A DNA stretch of 64,000 nucleotides from Leucoraja ocellata (lineage: Eukaryota), in contig JAWMAR010000302.1 of the NCBI GenBank assembly GCA_036785375.1, positions 1,550,001 through 1,614,000 of the forward strand, written 5' to 3'. Under the pieces are notes generated by a model. That model was not told the origin of the DNA. It searched no databases and was given only the letters and a program-made list of their open reading frames with translations. The position numbers and the translations under genes were made by a program. Each line of letters starts with the position of its first letter. Position 1 is the first letter of the stretch. Positions 22,991 to 35,631 of this stretch are shown here, piece by piece.

Positions 22991-25700
22991 TTTTACACAT
23001 CATTAAATTCAGACAGCATATGCAGAGAGAGAAACACAGTAACTTGTGCTTCAGGTCAAAGATCTTTCAGCGGAACTAGGAAAAGTTAGAAATTGAACAA
23101 GTTTAAGTGTGCAGGGAAAGGGCAACCAGAATAAAATGGGAGGTCGTTCATAGGCATGATCAGAAAACATTGAATTAATTAAATGATAGTGTTCTTGACT
23201 AAAAATAGGGCAGTATCATAGTCATCGTTGAAAACATTAGCGACGCAGTGGTGCTGGTTTCCGAAGGGAACAGTGACGGACGCACCACATATCTCTGTCT
23301 TCCAGTTCCTGCAGACTTCTGCCGCTGGAAGTATAAGATTTTGGTGAGTGTGCTTTATCATCATTCCTTTCAATGCTATTTACGACAGTGATCGCAACTT
23401 CTACTGAAGTGTGGATGGCCGTTGGCTCGCTAGAAACTCGTCCACCCTTTGACAGGTCTTGCTTTTGGTTCTGCTGGGGGTCCATAGCCCCCTCTTCACC
23501 TGGTAAACCAGGTGGGGGAGACAGTTTAATGCTCACTATCCAAACATGGAGCAGGTAGCACAGGATTACATGGTATCCTTGGCGGTGGGAACTTCACCCC
23601 GACCTGACCTGAGGCAAGTAAATAACAAAATATGTTGTGAAGGTGGAGATGGTGAACTTTGAACAACTGCAAGAACTAAAGAACTAGAAGCAGCAATAAA
23701 CCAATTGGGTTCTCTTTCTTATCCACCACACCAAGATCATGGATGATCTTTTACCTCTGAAGGATTCTCCTGCAGTAACCCCAAAACTCTTAAAATATCA
23801 CAATATATTTCTGTCATGAATATACTTTGCCACCAGGTTTCTGCAAACGGGTGAAAAAAAATTCCCACTGGATTAATTTCTACATACCTCGACTCCATCC
23901 TATCCCCCCTGGTCAGTTCATTCCAAAGCGGAAGAAAGATTACAAGTTGGCTGACAAGAGAAGTCAGTGTCAGTATAGAAATAAAAGAGAAGAAGTACAA
24001 CATAGCAAAGATGAACGGGAAGCCAGAGGATTGGTTCTTGGTTCTTGGTTTCTTGGTCCTCCAAAATATTCCAAATTGAATTTAAACTGGATGTGGTGAA
24101 GGGAGTGCTTAAGCCAGAAAGGTAATGTTTAAAGAGCAGCAGAAGATAACTAAAAAGGCAATACGGGGAGAGAAAATATGAGGTACGAAGGTAAGCTAGC
24201 CAAGAATATAAAGGAGGATAGTAAAAGCCTCTTTGGGTATGAAAAGAGGAAAAAATTAGTTAAGTCCAAAGTTAGATCCTTGAAGACAGAAAAAGATGAA
24301 TTGATTATATTACAAGGAAATGACAGATGAGTTGAACAGATACTTTGGATCCATCTTCACTAAGGAGGACACAAACAATCTTCCTGATATACTAGTGGCC
24401 AGAGGATCTGGGGTGATGGAGTAACGGAAGGAAATCCGCATTTTGCAGGAAATGGTGTTGGGTAGACTGATGGGACTGAAGGCTGATGAATCCATAGGGC
24501 CTGATGGTCTGCATCCCAGGGTACTTAAGGAAGTGGCTCCAGAAATTTTGGATGCATTGGTGATAATTTTCCAATGTTCTATAGATTTAGGATCAGTTCC
24601 TGTGGATTGGAGGTAGCTAATGTTATCCCACTTTTTAAGAAATGCGGGAGAGAGAAAACAGGGAATTATAGAGCAGTTAGCCTGACATCGGTGGTGGGGA
24701 AGATACTGGAGTCAATTATAAAAGATGAAATAGCCGCATATTGGAATAGCAGTAACCGGATCGGTCCAAGTCAGCATGGATATACGATGGGGAAATCATG
24801 CTTGACTTATCTTCTGGAACTTTTTGAGGAGGTAACTGGGAAAATGGACAAAGGAGATCCAGTTGATGTAGTGTACCTGGACTTTAAGAAAGCATTTGAT
24901 AAGGTCCCACATATGATTAGTGGGCAAAATTATGGCACATGGTATTGGGGGTAGAGTACTGACATGGATAGAAAATTGGTTGGCAGACAGGAAACAAAGA
25001 GTGGGGATTAACCGGTCCCTTTCAGAATGTCAGGCAGTGACTAGTGGGGTACCGCGAGGATCGGTGCTGGGACCGCAGCTATTTACAATATAATCAATGA
25101 TTTAGATGAAAGGTTTCAAAGTAACATTAGCAAATTTGCAGATGACGCAAAGCTGGGTGGCAGTGTGAACTGTGAGGAGGATGCTACGAGAATGCAGGGT
25201 GACTTGGACAGGTTGGGTGCTTGGGCAGATGCATGGCAAATGCAGTTTATTGTGGATTAATGTGAGGCTATTCACTTTGGTAGCCAAACAGGAAGGCTAT
25301 CAAAATGGCGTCAAGTTGGGAAAAGGGGAAATTCAATGGGATCTGGGCGGTCCTTGTTCATCAATCTATGAAAGTAAGCATGCATGTACAGCAGGCAGTG
25401 AAGAAAGCAAATGGCATGTTGGCCTTCATAGAAGAGGAGTTGAGTATAGGAGCAAAGAGATCCTTCTGCAGTTGTACAGGGGCCTAGTGAGACCACACCT
25501 GGAGTATTGTGCGTGATTTTGGTCAACAAATTTGAGGAAGGACATTCTTGCTATTGAGGGAGTGCAGTGTAGATTTACAAGGTTAATTCCCGAGACAGCG
25601 GGGTTCTCGTATGCTGAGAGAATGGAATGGCTGGGCTTGTACACACTGGAGTTTAGAAGGATGAGAGGGGATTTTATTGAAACATATAAGATTATTAAGG

Positions 25701-25789
25701 TAGACAAAAATGCTGGAGAAATTCAGCGGGTGAGGCAGCATCTATGGAGCGAAAGAAATAAGCAACGTTTCAGGCCAAAACCCTTCTTC
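25701..25789 (-). mobile_element. 89-bp Penelope terminal-repeat insertion with hammerhead-like core
   Basis: 12-bp direct repeat agattattaagg at 25689-25700 and 25790-25801; minus strand reads ctgaagaagggttttggcctgaaacgtt... Confidence 0.8.
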
Positions 25790-26188
25790 AGATTATTAAG
25801 GGTTTGGACATGCTAGAGGCAGGAAACATGTTCCAGATGTTGGGGGAGTCCAGAACCAGGGTCCACAGTTAAAGAATAAGGGGTAAGCAATTTAGAACTG
25901 AGATGAGGAAACACTTTATCACACAGGGAGTTGTGAATCTGTGGAATTATCAAAGTCAAAGTCAAAGACAATTTTACTTCGGAGTCACGTGAGTGACTAC
26001 ATGAAGAAGGCCGTCCAGGTGCATGTGCGTCATCTCGACAGACGCATTGCGCTGCGACCGCGGTAGGAGGTGCGGAGCCCTCCAAGCGGTGGGTGAAAGA
26101 AAGCCTGAAGGTAAGTATTTTACTTTCACTTTCAGGCTGCTTTTCTCCGTGGGGGCTGCGTGCAGAGAACACAGGCAAGTCTTAATAT

Positions 26189-27600
26189 ATGGAGAAAGGT
26201 GGGAGGAATAAGGGAAAGCGCACCGCAGTAAGCACTCAAGAAGACAAAATGTCTGAGAGTAGCGGGCGCCCGACTAAAAAGTTGACGGTAGAAAAACCAG
26301 CTACTAAAACGGGAGAAAAAAGTCCCGTTGAAACGCCCACATGGAACAAGGCCAAAAAGAAAACTAACAGGCCTGTAGACTCGGACGAGTCTGAACCAGA
26401 AGTTATGTCAGACAGAGGTTCTCAACTGGAATTCCTCATGGGTAAAATGATTTATAAAGGCAAACTCCAGAAGGAGTATAAAAAATGCGGGCCTAGAGGA
26501 GAGCCAGCATATGGAACACCCAGGAGAGGTCCTGGGAAATGTTGTCCTAGATTTGAGCCAGCGACCAAAATGCCTGATGATGAAGATGAATATGTATGTT
26601 GGCATAGCACTGAGCCAGCAACAGAAATGTCTGAAAGACAATACAGACGTTGGTCTACAGGAGACCCAGAATATGAAGCAGCATCCAAAAGTGGGCTGCC
26701 GGAGTACGGTTCTATGGAAGAGCCTGAGATACTCCAAAGAGGGTCAAAGAAGCGTAGGCCTCTCATGGAGCCAGCGCATGAAATACCTGATGAAGAAATG
26801 CCAGGTGAAACACATTATGAGGAGGAATATCCAGAATATTCTGACAATGAATCATATGAAGACCAGAGCCCCACACAAAAACGTAAAGTACCAGGGCTGG
26901 CCCAAAAGTTCTATAGTCCCAGACACAAGGGACAACCTCTACCAGAGGATAGAGCAGAAAGTATAAATTACCTGCTTTCCCATCATTTGAAAGAACCAAC
27001 GATGGATGATATTGTGAACAAATATGAAATCCTGCAGAATTGCGCTCTGCTAGTAGTCCCAGCAGTCAACAGTGAAGTGTGGAGTTATATGGGCACTGCA
27101 GTACACGCTCAAGAAATGAGGTTACAGTGGGTATTAAGATTAATGGGGTCAAGCATTACGCCATTTGCCAGAGACCTGGAAGAAGGAAATGTGACAATGT
27201 CACAACAGGATGTTATGGGAATGATGTGTAATGCACATTTTAAAATAAACTGTATTCATAAAACTGCGATAAGACCTAACTTACATCCTAAGTTTGCAGG
27301 GGTCTGTAAACCATCTAATATACAATTACCATACTTACTCTTTGGAGAAGAGCTTGCCAAAACACTGAAAGTTCTAAACGAAGAATCAAAAACGATCGGT
27401 ATAATGAAACCACCGATGTTTGGCAGAACAGTAAGAAGGCAATATCCATACCGAAGGGTGGCTGGAGCTGGTGAAGGAACAAGTCGCTCTTACCCGCGTA
27501 CACAATACTGGCGCATGACCCCAGGACGTGGAGGACATGGTATTCCCATAAGGGGCAAGGTACAAAAAGTGACACCAGCAAACCCTGAGGTAGGTGGTTC
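26189..27600 (+). CDS. DIRS gag-like ORF1 (the ORF 26189..27901 runs on into the start of RT)
   Basis: Long open frame; 'NCALLVVPAVNSEVW' and 'LLFGEEL' motifs; position 5' of RT. Confidence 0.8.
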
Positions 27601-29496
27601 TGGTTCTGATAGAAACATATCAGATGTGTCCTATTCACATATTGGGGGAAGGTTACAATTCTTCCTAAAAGAATGGCAACAAATAACATCTGATGCGTAT
27701 ATACTGTGCAGTATAATGGAGTTTAGAATTGGATTCTACCAAAATGAAAATCCCCCTACTCAACATATTCCAAGACGAATACATTCTTTCTCTAAAGAAG
27801 AGATTAGAATCACTCAAGTAGAACTTGACATATTGAGTAAAAAAGGGGTAATTGAGAAAACAACTTATCAAAACCACCAGTTCATATCTAGTATTTTCTA
27901 GACCAAAAAAGGATGGTGGCTGTAGAATCATTTTAGACCTTACAAGTCTCAACCCTTTTGTACAGTATAAACATTTCAAAATGGAGACATTTACTAATGC
28001 TTTGCATTTAATTTCAACAGAATGCTATATGGCAAGCATAGATCTCCAAGATGCATATTACTCTGTGGCCATGCATGTTAAAGATCGTAGATATTTGAAA
28101 TTTGTCTGGATGAATCAAATGACAATTCAAAGCATTGCCAATGGTATAACCTCGGCCCCTGATTGTTTACAAAACTGCTAAAACCAATCTTAGCATTGTT
28201 AAGAGCCCAAGGCCATTTGATAGTGGCTTATTTGGATGACATTTTAATTGTGGGACACACTGAAGCCATAACGACAGCATCAGTGTTAAAAGTCAAACTA
28301 ACATTTCAAAATTTGGGCTTCCTTATCCATCCAGATAAATCTAGACAGACACCCAACAAAACAATTGATTACCTGGGGTTCACTATTAATTCAGAGCACA
28401 TGAGAGTGACCTTACCCAACGACAAAAAGCTGCAGCTAATTGAAGGTTGTAACAAACTAATTTCAGACAAACAACCATCAATCAGGCAAGTGGCAAGCCT
28501 ACTTGGCAAACTAATTGCTTCTTTTCCAGCTGTCCAGCTTGGCCCACTGCATTACCAACAACTGCAGCGAGCAAAGGTCTTAGCATTGAAAAGACATTCC
28601 GGACATTTTGATAGGCCCATGTAACTACCAAACACAGCAATTGATGATATAAAATTGTGGATTAAAAATGTTCATTGTTCTTACAGAAAAATTCTGGTTG
28701 AATCACCAGCTATCATCCTACAAACCGATGCGTGCACTAGGTTGGGGAGCTGCTGATATCATCTCAAGTTGAGGAGGTAGATGGAATGCAGAGGAAGAAC
28801 CTTTGCTCGAGACACATGGCATTAATTATCTTGAATTACTAAGTGTATTTCATGGGCTTAAAGTCATTTGCCGCAAGGTACAAAATTTGTATGTACAGGT
28901 TCAGATTGCCAACACTATGGCAGTAGCATATGTCAATCGTATGGGTGGAATCAAGTCAGAAGCATGTGACAGATTAGCAAACATGATTTGGCACTGGTGC
29001 ATTATGAGAGACATTTGGCTTTCTGCCAAATTCAATATAATTGCAGACACTAGGTCACGGAAATATAATGACAATAAAGAATGGATGTTAAATCGTGACA
29101 TTTTCCATAAGATTGTGAAAAAAAATTGGAAAATCAGAAATTGACTTGTTTGCATCCAGATTGAACCACCAGTTACCTCAATATGTTTAGTGGGAACCAG
29201 ACCCAGGTGCAACAGGGATAGATGCATTTACGTTAAATTGGGGTGGAATGTTTTTATATGCATTTCCTCCCTTTTGTCTTATCAGTAGATGTCTACAGAA
29301 GATCAAACAAGATAATGCTTCAGGATTGTTGGTGGTTCCAGATTGGCCCACACAACCATGGTATCCACTAGTGTTAAAAATGATGACAGAACCTCAAATA
29401 CATGTCTCAAGTCAAGAAAGCCTACTCGCGCACCCTGTAACTGGTGATTTTCATCCTTTACATGATAGTATTGATTTATTGATTTGCAGATTCTAA
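27600..29496 (+). pseudogene. DIRS RT, RNase H and N6-adenine methyltransferase-like region, frameshifted
   Basis: 'IGGRLQFFLKEW', 'PKKDGGCRIILDL..LN', 'ASIDLQDAYY', 'AYLDDILI', 'INYLELL', 'IADTRSR', 'DLFASRLN', 'YAFPPF...VVPDWPTQPWY'. Confidence 0.92.
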
Positions 29497-29505
29497 AAAG
29501 GCCAT

Positions 29506-30454
29506 ATGACGGAAGAAGACTATCTTCGCACTATGGATGTAATTACAAGATCCTGGAGGGATAGTACCCAGAAGCAGTACATTTCTTACATTAAGAAATG
29601 GGAGCAGTTTTGTGCAACACAAAATATTTCTTACCACACTACAGACACTTCAGATGTTGTAGAATTATTGTCAACATTACATTTTGATGCTAATTTAAGT
29701 TATAGTGCAATCAACACTGCAAGGAGTGCCCTCTCTGCATAATTATCGAGAGCATCCGAACAACAGGTTCTAGGATCACACCCCTTGATTTGTAGATACA
29801 CGAAGGGCATCTTTAATGCTAAACCTCCCAAACCGAGATATACGGAAATCTGCAATGTGAGGGATGTACTCACACTACTTAGGGATTGGAGTCCCATCTC
29901 AATTTTTTCTTTAGACAAAATCACTGTGAAAATAGTCATGTTAACGGCTTTAGTCTCAGCCCAAAGAGTACAAACATTACACAAATTAAGGGTAGACAGA
30001 ATGGGAATGACAACAGAGGAAATTACATTCTATGTCTATGACTTGCTAAAACAGAGCAGACCAGGAGTCTCGGGGTGTAAATTATTTTTTTTCAGCATAT
30101 CCTACAGATCAAAGATTATGTGTAGTTACATATTTGAAACACTACATTGAGACCACCAAGCACCTTAGAGGTTTAGAATCTGCATTATTTATCAGCCATA
30201 AAAAAACACACAAAAAAATGACAACACAAACAATTTCAAGATGGCTGATGAAGGTGCTATTGGATTCAGGAATTGATACTGACAAATTTATAGCTCATTC
30301 CACCAGGGCGGCGGCAACATCGGCGGCCAAGGAGTTGGACGTTCCAATAGACCATATCCAGGATGGGCAAATGAAAGGATGTTTTACAAGTATTACCACA
30401 AAGAGATTGCAGACCCTGGTGTATTTGGTGGTACTGTTTTGGATTCAGTATTAA
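29506..30454 (+). pseudogene. DIRS tyrosine recombinase, frameshifted
   Basis: 'SWRDSTQKQY...W', 'SYSAINTARSALS', 'LTALVSAQRVQTL', 'AHSTRAAATS'. Confidence 0.92.
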
Positions 30455-31687
30455 ATGTTCCCAGTGATTAAAATGGGACACATAATGTTTATCATAAAAT
30501 GAATCATTAACTGATTAAACAAATGTTATGGCTGCATGTTATTGACTGTCTTTCACTCAAAATGCAGTGATACGCCAGAATTGAATCTACAGCCTGAAAT
30601 CACAGAAGCTTTAAAATCTTCACGTAGTCATTCACGTGACTCCGAAGTAAAATAGTAAGATTAAACGAGGACTTACCAGTTTGAAGTTTGATCTTTATTT
30701 TATGAGGAGTTACGTCGAGGGACTACGTGCCCTCCACTCCCACCCTAATAAAGATCAAAGGTAAGTTAAGTTTTGTATCACGTAGCTTACTATTATGCTT
30801 CGGTATATATCATCTGTGATTTAACACTGCCGCTTTGAAGATTGACGCATGTGCGCATGGATGGCCTTCTTCACGTAGTCCCTCGACGTAACTCCTCATA
30901 AAATAAAGATCAAACCAAACTGGTAAGTTCGCGTTTAATCTTACTATTTTATTTGTTACATGCACCCGAAGGTGCAGTGAAATGAATTTGCCAACAGCGA
31001 TACACTTAAAATAAGACCACCCAATACACAAGAGAATTTAACACAAACATCCATCACAGCATTCTTCACAGTTGTGGAAGGCAACAAAGTTCAGTCAATC
31101 CTACTCCTTTGTTCATCCATGGTCGGGGCCATGAACCCTCCCTAGTCACCACTACAGATGGCCAGATGTACAGGCCCTCTCGTCGGGATGGTCAATACTC
31201 CGATGTCCGGACAGTCAAACACACTTGGGGTGTCTGTATCATCACTTTCCTACTGGTTACCACGGCTTTAGGATGTTATAGGCCGCAAGCCAGCGGTCGG
31301 AGCTCTTCTCCGGCGATCACCGGAAAGGGATCCCAGCCTCCGGATGGTAAGTCCATGCCATGCCAGCGGCTAGAAGCTCCACAGGCCATAGCCCCATGAT
31401 GCCAAAGACACCAGGCCAGTGATTGGAGCACTCTTTTCTGGTGACCCCTGGCAAGGATTCACCCACTCAGCAATGGAAAAGTTCATGCTGTGTCTGCTGG
31501 TGGAGCTCTGGGCCCAACTCCAGGAAAGGCCTCTCCAATCCATGCTGATAGGCCGTGAGGGAGGCGACATGGAAATAGTTGCCTCTCCGTTGAGGAGGCG
31601 ACCAAAAGCGGTTCCTCCTTCCCCCCCCCACCCTCCACCACCCCCCACACAAGACACACCAGGAGACACCTAAACTAACATTTTGAC

Positions 31688-32040
31688 CAGGGGTGGGGAA
31701 CCTGCGGCCTTCAAGTCCATTAAGTGCAGCCTTTTGAAGGAATCCAAATTTTGTAGAACAAATCCTTTTATTTTTATTAATATGTTTTTGTTCGTCTTTT
31801 ATTATTTTTATTTCATCTTAAAATATACGTATTTAAAATACCAAATAATAAAAGAAGATTCCACAAAATAATCCTCCCCGACTGAAGGCCACAATTAAAA
31901 CATTAGTCAGTCATGAGGGCTATTTTAACAAAATAATGTACATTTTGAAGTATATCTAATTGAAGTTTCTTGGGTGAGGCCTTATTAGATTACAAATAAC
32001 TTAATGTGGCATTCCAACATGAAAAGTTTCCCCAACGCTG
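31688..32040. mobile_element. hAT (Charlie-like) MITE
   Basis: Ends caggggtggggaac / tttccccaacgctg; imperfect 8-bp TSD attttgac / aattagac. Confidence 0.7.
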
Positions 32041-33422
32041 AATTAGACACACCAAAAAAACTAAAGAAATTTAAATAATGAACACGCTGCTGGCAGGGCA
32101 GCTGACTCGCAGCGCCCCCACCAACAATATAATTCTCTACCTCAGAGGGCTGTGGAGGCCGGTTCTCTGGATACTTTCAAGAGAGAGCCAGATAGGCTCT
32201 TAAAGATAGAGGCATCAGGGGGAGTGGGGAGAAGGCAGTAATGGGGTACTGATTGTAGATGATCACATTGAATGGCAGTGCTAGCTCGAAGGGCCGAATG
32301 GCCTACTCCTGCACCTATTGTCTATTGTCTATTTTCCAATCCTGCCCTACCTATGCCCAAGTCACCTCACATACCCTTCGTCTCTTCAATGGCTTCTTTT
32401 CCAGGCCCCTACTCCCTCATCTTTACTGTGGACAGTCACTCTACACCTCCATCACTCACCAGGGAGGTCTTAATGCCCACCGCTTCTTCTTCGACAGCAG
32501 AACCAGTCAATTTCCATCTATTAACACTGCCCGCCACCTAGCAGAGCTGGTCCTTACCCTCAACAACTTCTCCTTTGATTCCTTCGATTTCCTCCAAATC
32601 CAAGGCATAGCTATGGGCATGCACATGGGCTCCAGCAATGCCTGAGTCTTTGTAGGGTACATTGATCAATCCCTGTTCCAGGCATACACTGACCCTATCC
32701 CCGAACTCTATCTCTGCTACATTGACGACTGCAACGGTGCTATATCCTGCACCCATGCAGAACTCGCTGACTTAATTACTATTCTTTACTATTAATTTCC
32801 ATCCTGCTCTCAAATTCACTTGGACCATCTCCGACAACTCCCTACCATTTCTTGATCTCACCATCTCTATCACAGGAGTAAAACTATCAACTGACATCTC
32901 TTATAAACCCACTGACTCCCATAGCCAAGACTACACTTCTCCCCACACCCGTTTCCTGTCAATTTCTCCGTCTACGCTGCATCTGCATCCAAGATGAGGT
33001 GTTCCATACCAGGGCATCGGGGATGTCCTCGTACTTTTGGTACTGGGGGGTTCCCCTCTTCCATTTTACATGTTCTCACTAGGGTCTCCTCTATATCCCG
33101 CAGCTCTGAACTTGCTCCCCTCCCCCCATTCGTAACATGGACAAAGTCCCTTTGTCCTCACCTTCCACCCCATCAGCCTTTGCATTCAACACACAATCCT
33201 CTGACAAACTTCCAACGAGATATCCACCACTATCTACATCTTCCCATCTCCACTCCTTTCTGCTTTCTACAGGGACTGTTCCCTCTACAACTCCCTGGTC
33301 AACTCTTCCCTTCCTACCCAAACCACCCTTTCCCCAGGTACTTTCCCCTGCAACCGCAGAAGATGCAACACCTCTCCCTTTTCCTCCCCCCTCGACTCCA
33401 AGGACACCAATAATCTTTTCAG

Positions 33423-33698
33423 GTGAGGCAGAGGGTCACTTGCACCTCCTCCAACCTCATCTACTGTATCCGCTGTTCCAGGTGTAGACTTTTATACATC
33501 GGCGAGACCAAGCGCAGGCTTGGCGATTGTTTTGCTGAACACCTCTGCTCAGTCTGCCTAAACCTACCTGATCTCCCAGTTGCCAAACACTTTAACTCCC
33601 CTTCCAATTACCTCACTGACCTTTCCTGGGCCTCCACTATTGTTAGAGTAAGGCCTACACAAATTGGAGGAACAGCACCTCATATTTCGTTTGGGTAG
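33423..33698 (+). pseudogene. Penelope GIY-YIG endonuclease domain
   Basis: 'TCTSSNLIYCIRCSRCRLLYIGETKRRLGDCFAEHL'. Confidence 0.92.
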
Positions 33699-34385
33699 CT
33701 TACACCACAGTGGTATGAACATTGACTTATCTAACTTCAAGTAGCCCTTGCTTTCCCTCTTTCTCCATCCCCTCGCCCCTTCCCAGTCCTCCGACTTGTC
33801 TTACTGTCTCCGACAATATTTTATCTCTTTTGCTTTGTGTTACTTTCTCCCAACTAACAATGATCTATTCTACATTTTATATCAAAGTCATGTGCGTGAC
33901 TACGTGAAGAGCCCGTCAGCCCGCATGCGCGTCAATACGTCGACGCATGGTGCAGGAGTCAGAGCAGTTTGAAACTGCTCTGGCAGGTAAGCTAATTTTG
34001 TTTTCAGTGGGCCGCTGCAGTACAGTGGGCCCGGAGTAGCTGACGGGCACAGCTTGTGCGGCTGCCGCCGTTGGAGCTCCGAACGGGAGCAGGCGGCCGG
34101 ATTTGGAGGCTGCCGCGGATGCTCCGTAAGGAGCTGGAATACGATATTGCGGCTGTCAGCGCCGCCAGGTCAGCAATCGCTGCAAAAGATTAGCATCAGC
34201 CGGTAGTTTTAAAAATAGCCGCGGCCAGGTCAGCAACTGCCAGGTAAACTCAGCTGCCACAGCACCTAGAAATTTTAAACATAGATGCTGCCAGCTGAGG
34301 TAGCTTCAGCTTACACTGTAGAGCAGCATATATGGATGCTCTATTTATAGGGCAGCTATAAATAGAACTGGCAGGTTTTTAACTA

Positions 34386-35430
34386 AGATGGTGGCGCTGG
34401 CTTAACAGCTGTGGTCCACTTGCAGTCCGTGTGTCTTTTTCGTTCTTTTTGTTCCTTGTCATGTTTTAGTTAATTTTGTTTTATTAAGTTGTGTATGTGT
34501 GTGGGTGGGGTGGGAGAAACATGTTTAGGTCTCTTCCTTCGGGGGATGTGACTTTTCTTTCTGTCGTATTCCCCGTCCCCGTCTCCGTCAGCAGTGAGGC
34601 CTAATGGTGGAGCTGGCGGCCTCGGTGCTGTGGCGGTGGCAGCGGCAGCGGCAGCGGCGACCCGACTCGGCCTCGGAGCTGTGGCGGCAGCAGCAGTGGC
34701 AGCGGAGACCCGACTCGGCCCTGGAACTGTCGTGGCGGCAGCAGCGGCAGCGGAGAGCCGACTCGGCCCCGGAGCTGTAGTGGCGGCAGCGACAGTGGCA
34801 GCGGAGACCCGACTCGGCCCCGGAGCTGTAGCGGCGACAGTGGCAGCGGCTGCAGAGACCCGAAACGGCCCCAGAACTGTAGCGGCGGCAGTGGCTGCAG
34901 AGACCCGACTTCGCCCCGGAGCTGTGGCAGCGGCAGCAGCGGCAGCAGTGGCAGCGGAGACCCGACTCAGCCCCGAAGCTGTTGCGGAGGCAGCGGAGAC
35001 CCGACCGTGCCCCAAAGCTGTGGCGGAGGCAGCGGCAGCGGAGATCCGACTCGGCCTCAGATCTGTGGCGGCAGCGGCAGTGGCTACGGAGACCTGACTT
35101 GGCCCCGGAACTGCGGCGGTGGCAGCGACGACCCGACTCGGCCTCGGAACTGCGGCGGTGGCAGCGACGACCCACAGAGTTTGAACCGTCGCCTCGGCGC
35201 AGAGGGAGAACTAAGGGGGAAGAGACTGAGACTTTAAGATTATGCCTTCCACCACAGGGAGGAGGTGTTTGGTGAACTCACTGTGGTGGGTGTTAAATTT
35301 GAGTTGATTGTGTGTTTTTGTCATTTTTTTAATTATATGTATGACTGCAGGGAAACGAAATTTCATTCAGACTGAAAGGACTGAATGACAATAAACAAAT
35401 CTAATCTAATCTAATCTAATCTAATCTAAT
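34386..35430 (+). mobile_element. ORF-less non-LTR retroposon with internal minisatellite and (aatct)n tail
   Basis: Head aagatggtggcgctgg; 3' aaatttcattcag..ctgaatgacaataaa; (aatct)n at ~35398-35430. Confidence 0.75.
34620..35175. repeat. GC-rich minisatellite, about a dozen units of gagacccgactcggccccggagctgt plus variable (ggca/gcg)n
   Basis: Directly visible tandem units of variable length. Confidence 0.95.
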
Positions 35431-35631
35431 AGCGGTTGCCGCTCAGTCACGTTTGTGACTATCATAGCAGATAGGATACAAAGTCATGTTTAATACTTTG
35501 GCAATATAATGATGTATCTTATCATGCCAATAAAGTTTTAAAATTGAAATTGAATTAAATTGGAAACAAAGGAAATTTATTATCACATACACCAAATGGC
35601 GTAGTGAAATTTGACTTGCCATTGCAGCACA

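Larger units (their letters stand above)
25971..30950 (+). mobile_element. DIRS1-type tyrosine-recombinase retrotransposon, structurally complete but mutated
   Basis: atttt at both ends; inverted terminal repeats; internal complementary region 30617-30729; gag, RT, RNase H, methyltransferase-like and YR coding regions. Confidence 0.96.
25950..32125 (-). mobile_element. ORF-less non-LTR retroposon (~0.85 kb net) split by the DIRS and a hAT MITE
   Basis: (caaagt)n tail at 25950-25967 continues at 30951 with a Rex/Babar-like 3' motif; GC-rich body; head ggcgctgcgagtcagctgcc near 32118. Confidence 0.7.
23914..32333 (+). mobile_element. 5'-truncated CR1 (second subfamily), interrupted; pieces 23914-25948 and 32130-32333
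   Basis: 'ANVIPLFKK..GNYRAVSLTSVVGK...[13 protein letters not shown]'; gtggaatt...aattctctacc junction; (ctattgt)n tail. Confidence 0.9.

Noticed and set aside
23225-23620. GC-richer segment with small hairpins and short ORFs
   Set aside because: Probably an old repeat, but I found no ends, TSD or protein motif to support a call
29130-30454. Prophage or bacterial contamination (methylase plus integrase)
   Set aside because: Both domains are normal parts of the DIRS1 retrotransposon, bounded by its ITRs and ICR
34470-35275. Ala-rich ORFs resembling antifreeze or elastin-like proteins
   Set aside because: Produced by a GC-rich minisatellite inside a retroposon; open on both strands; no splice or promoter support
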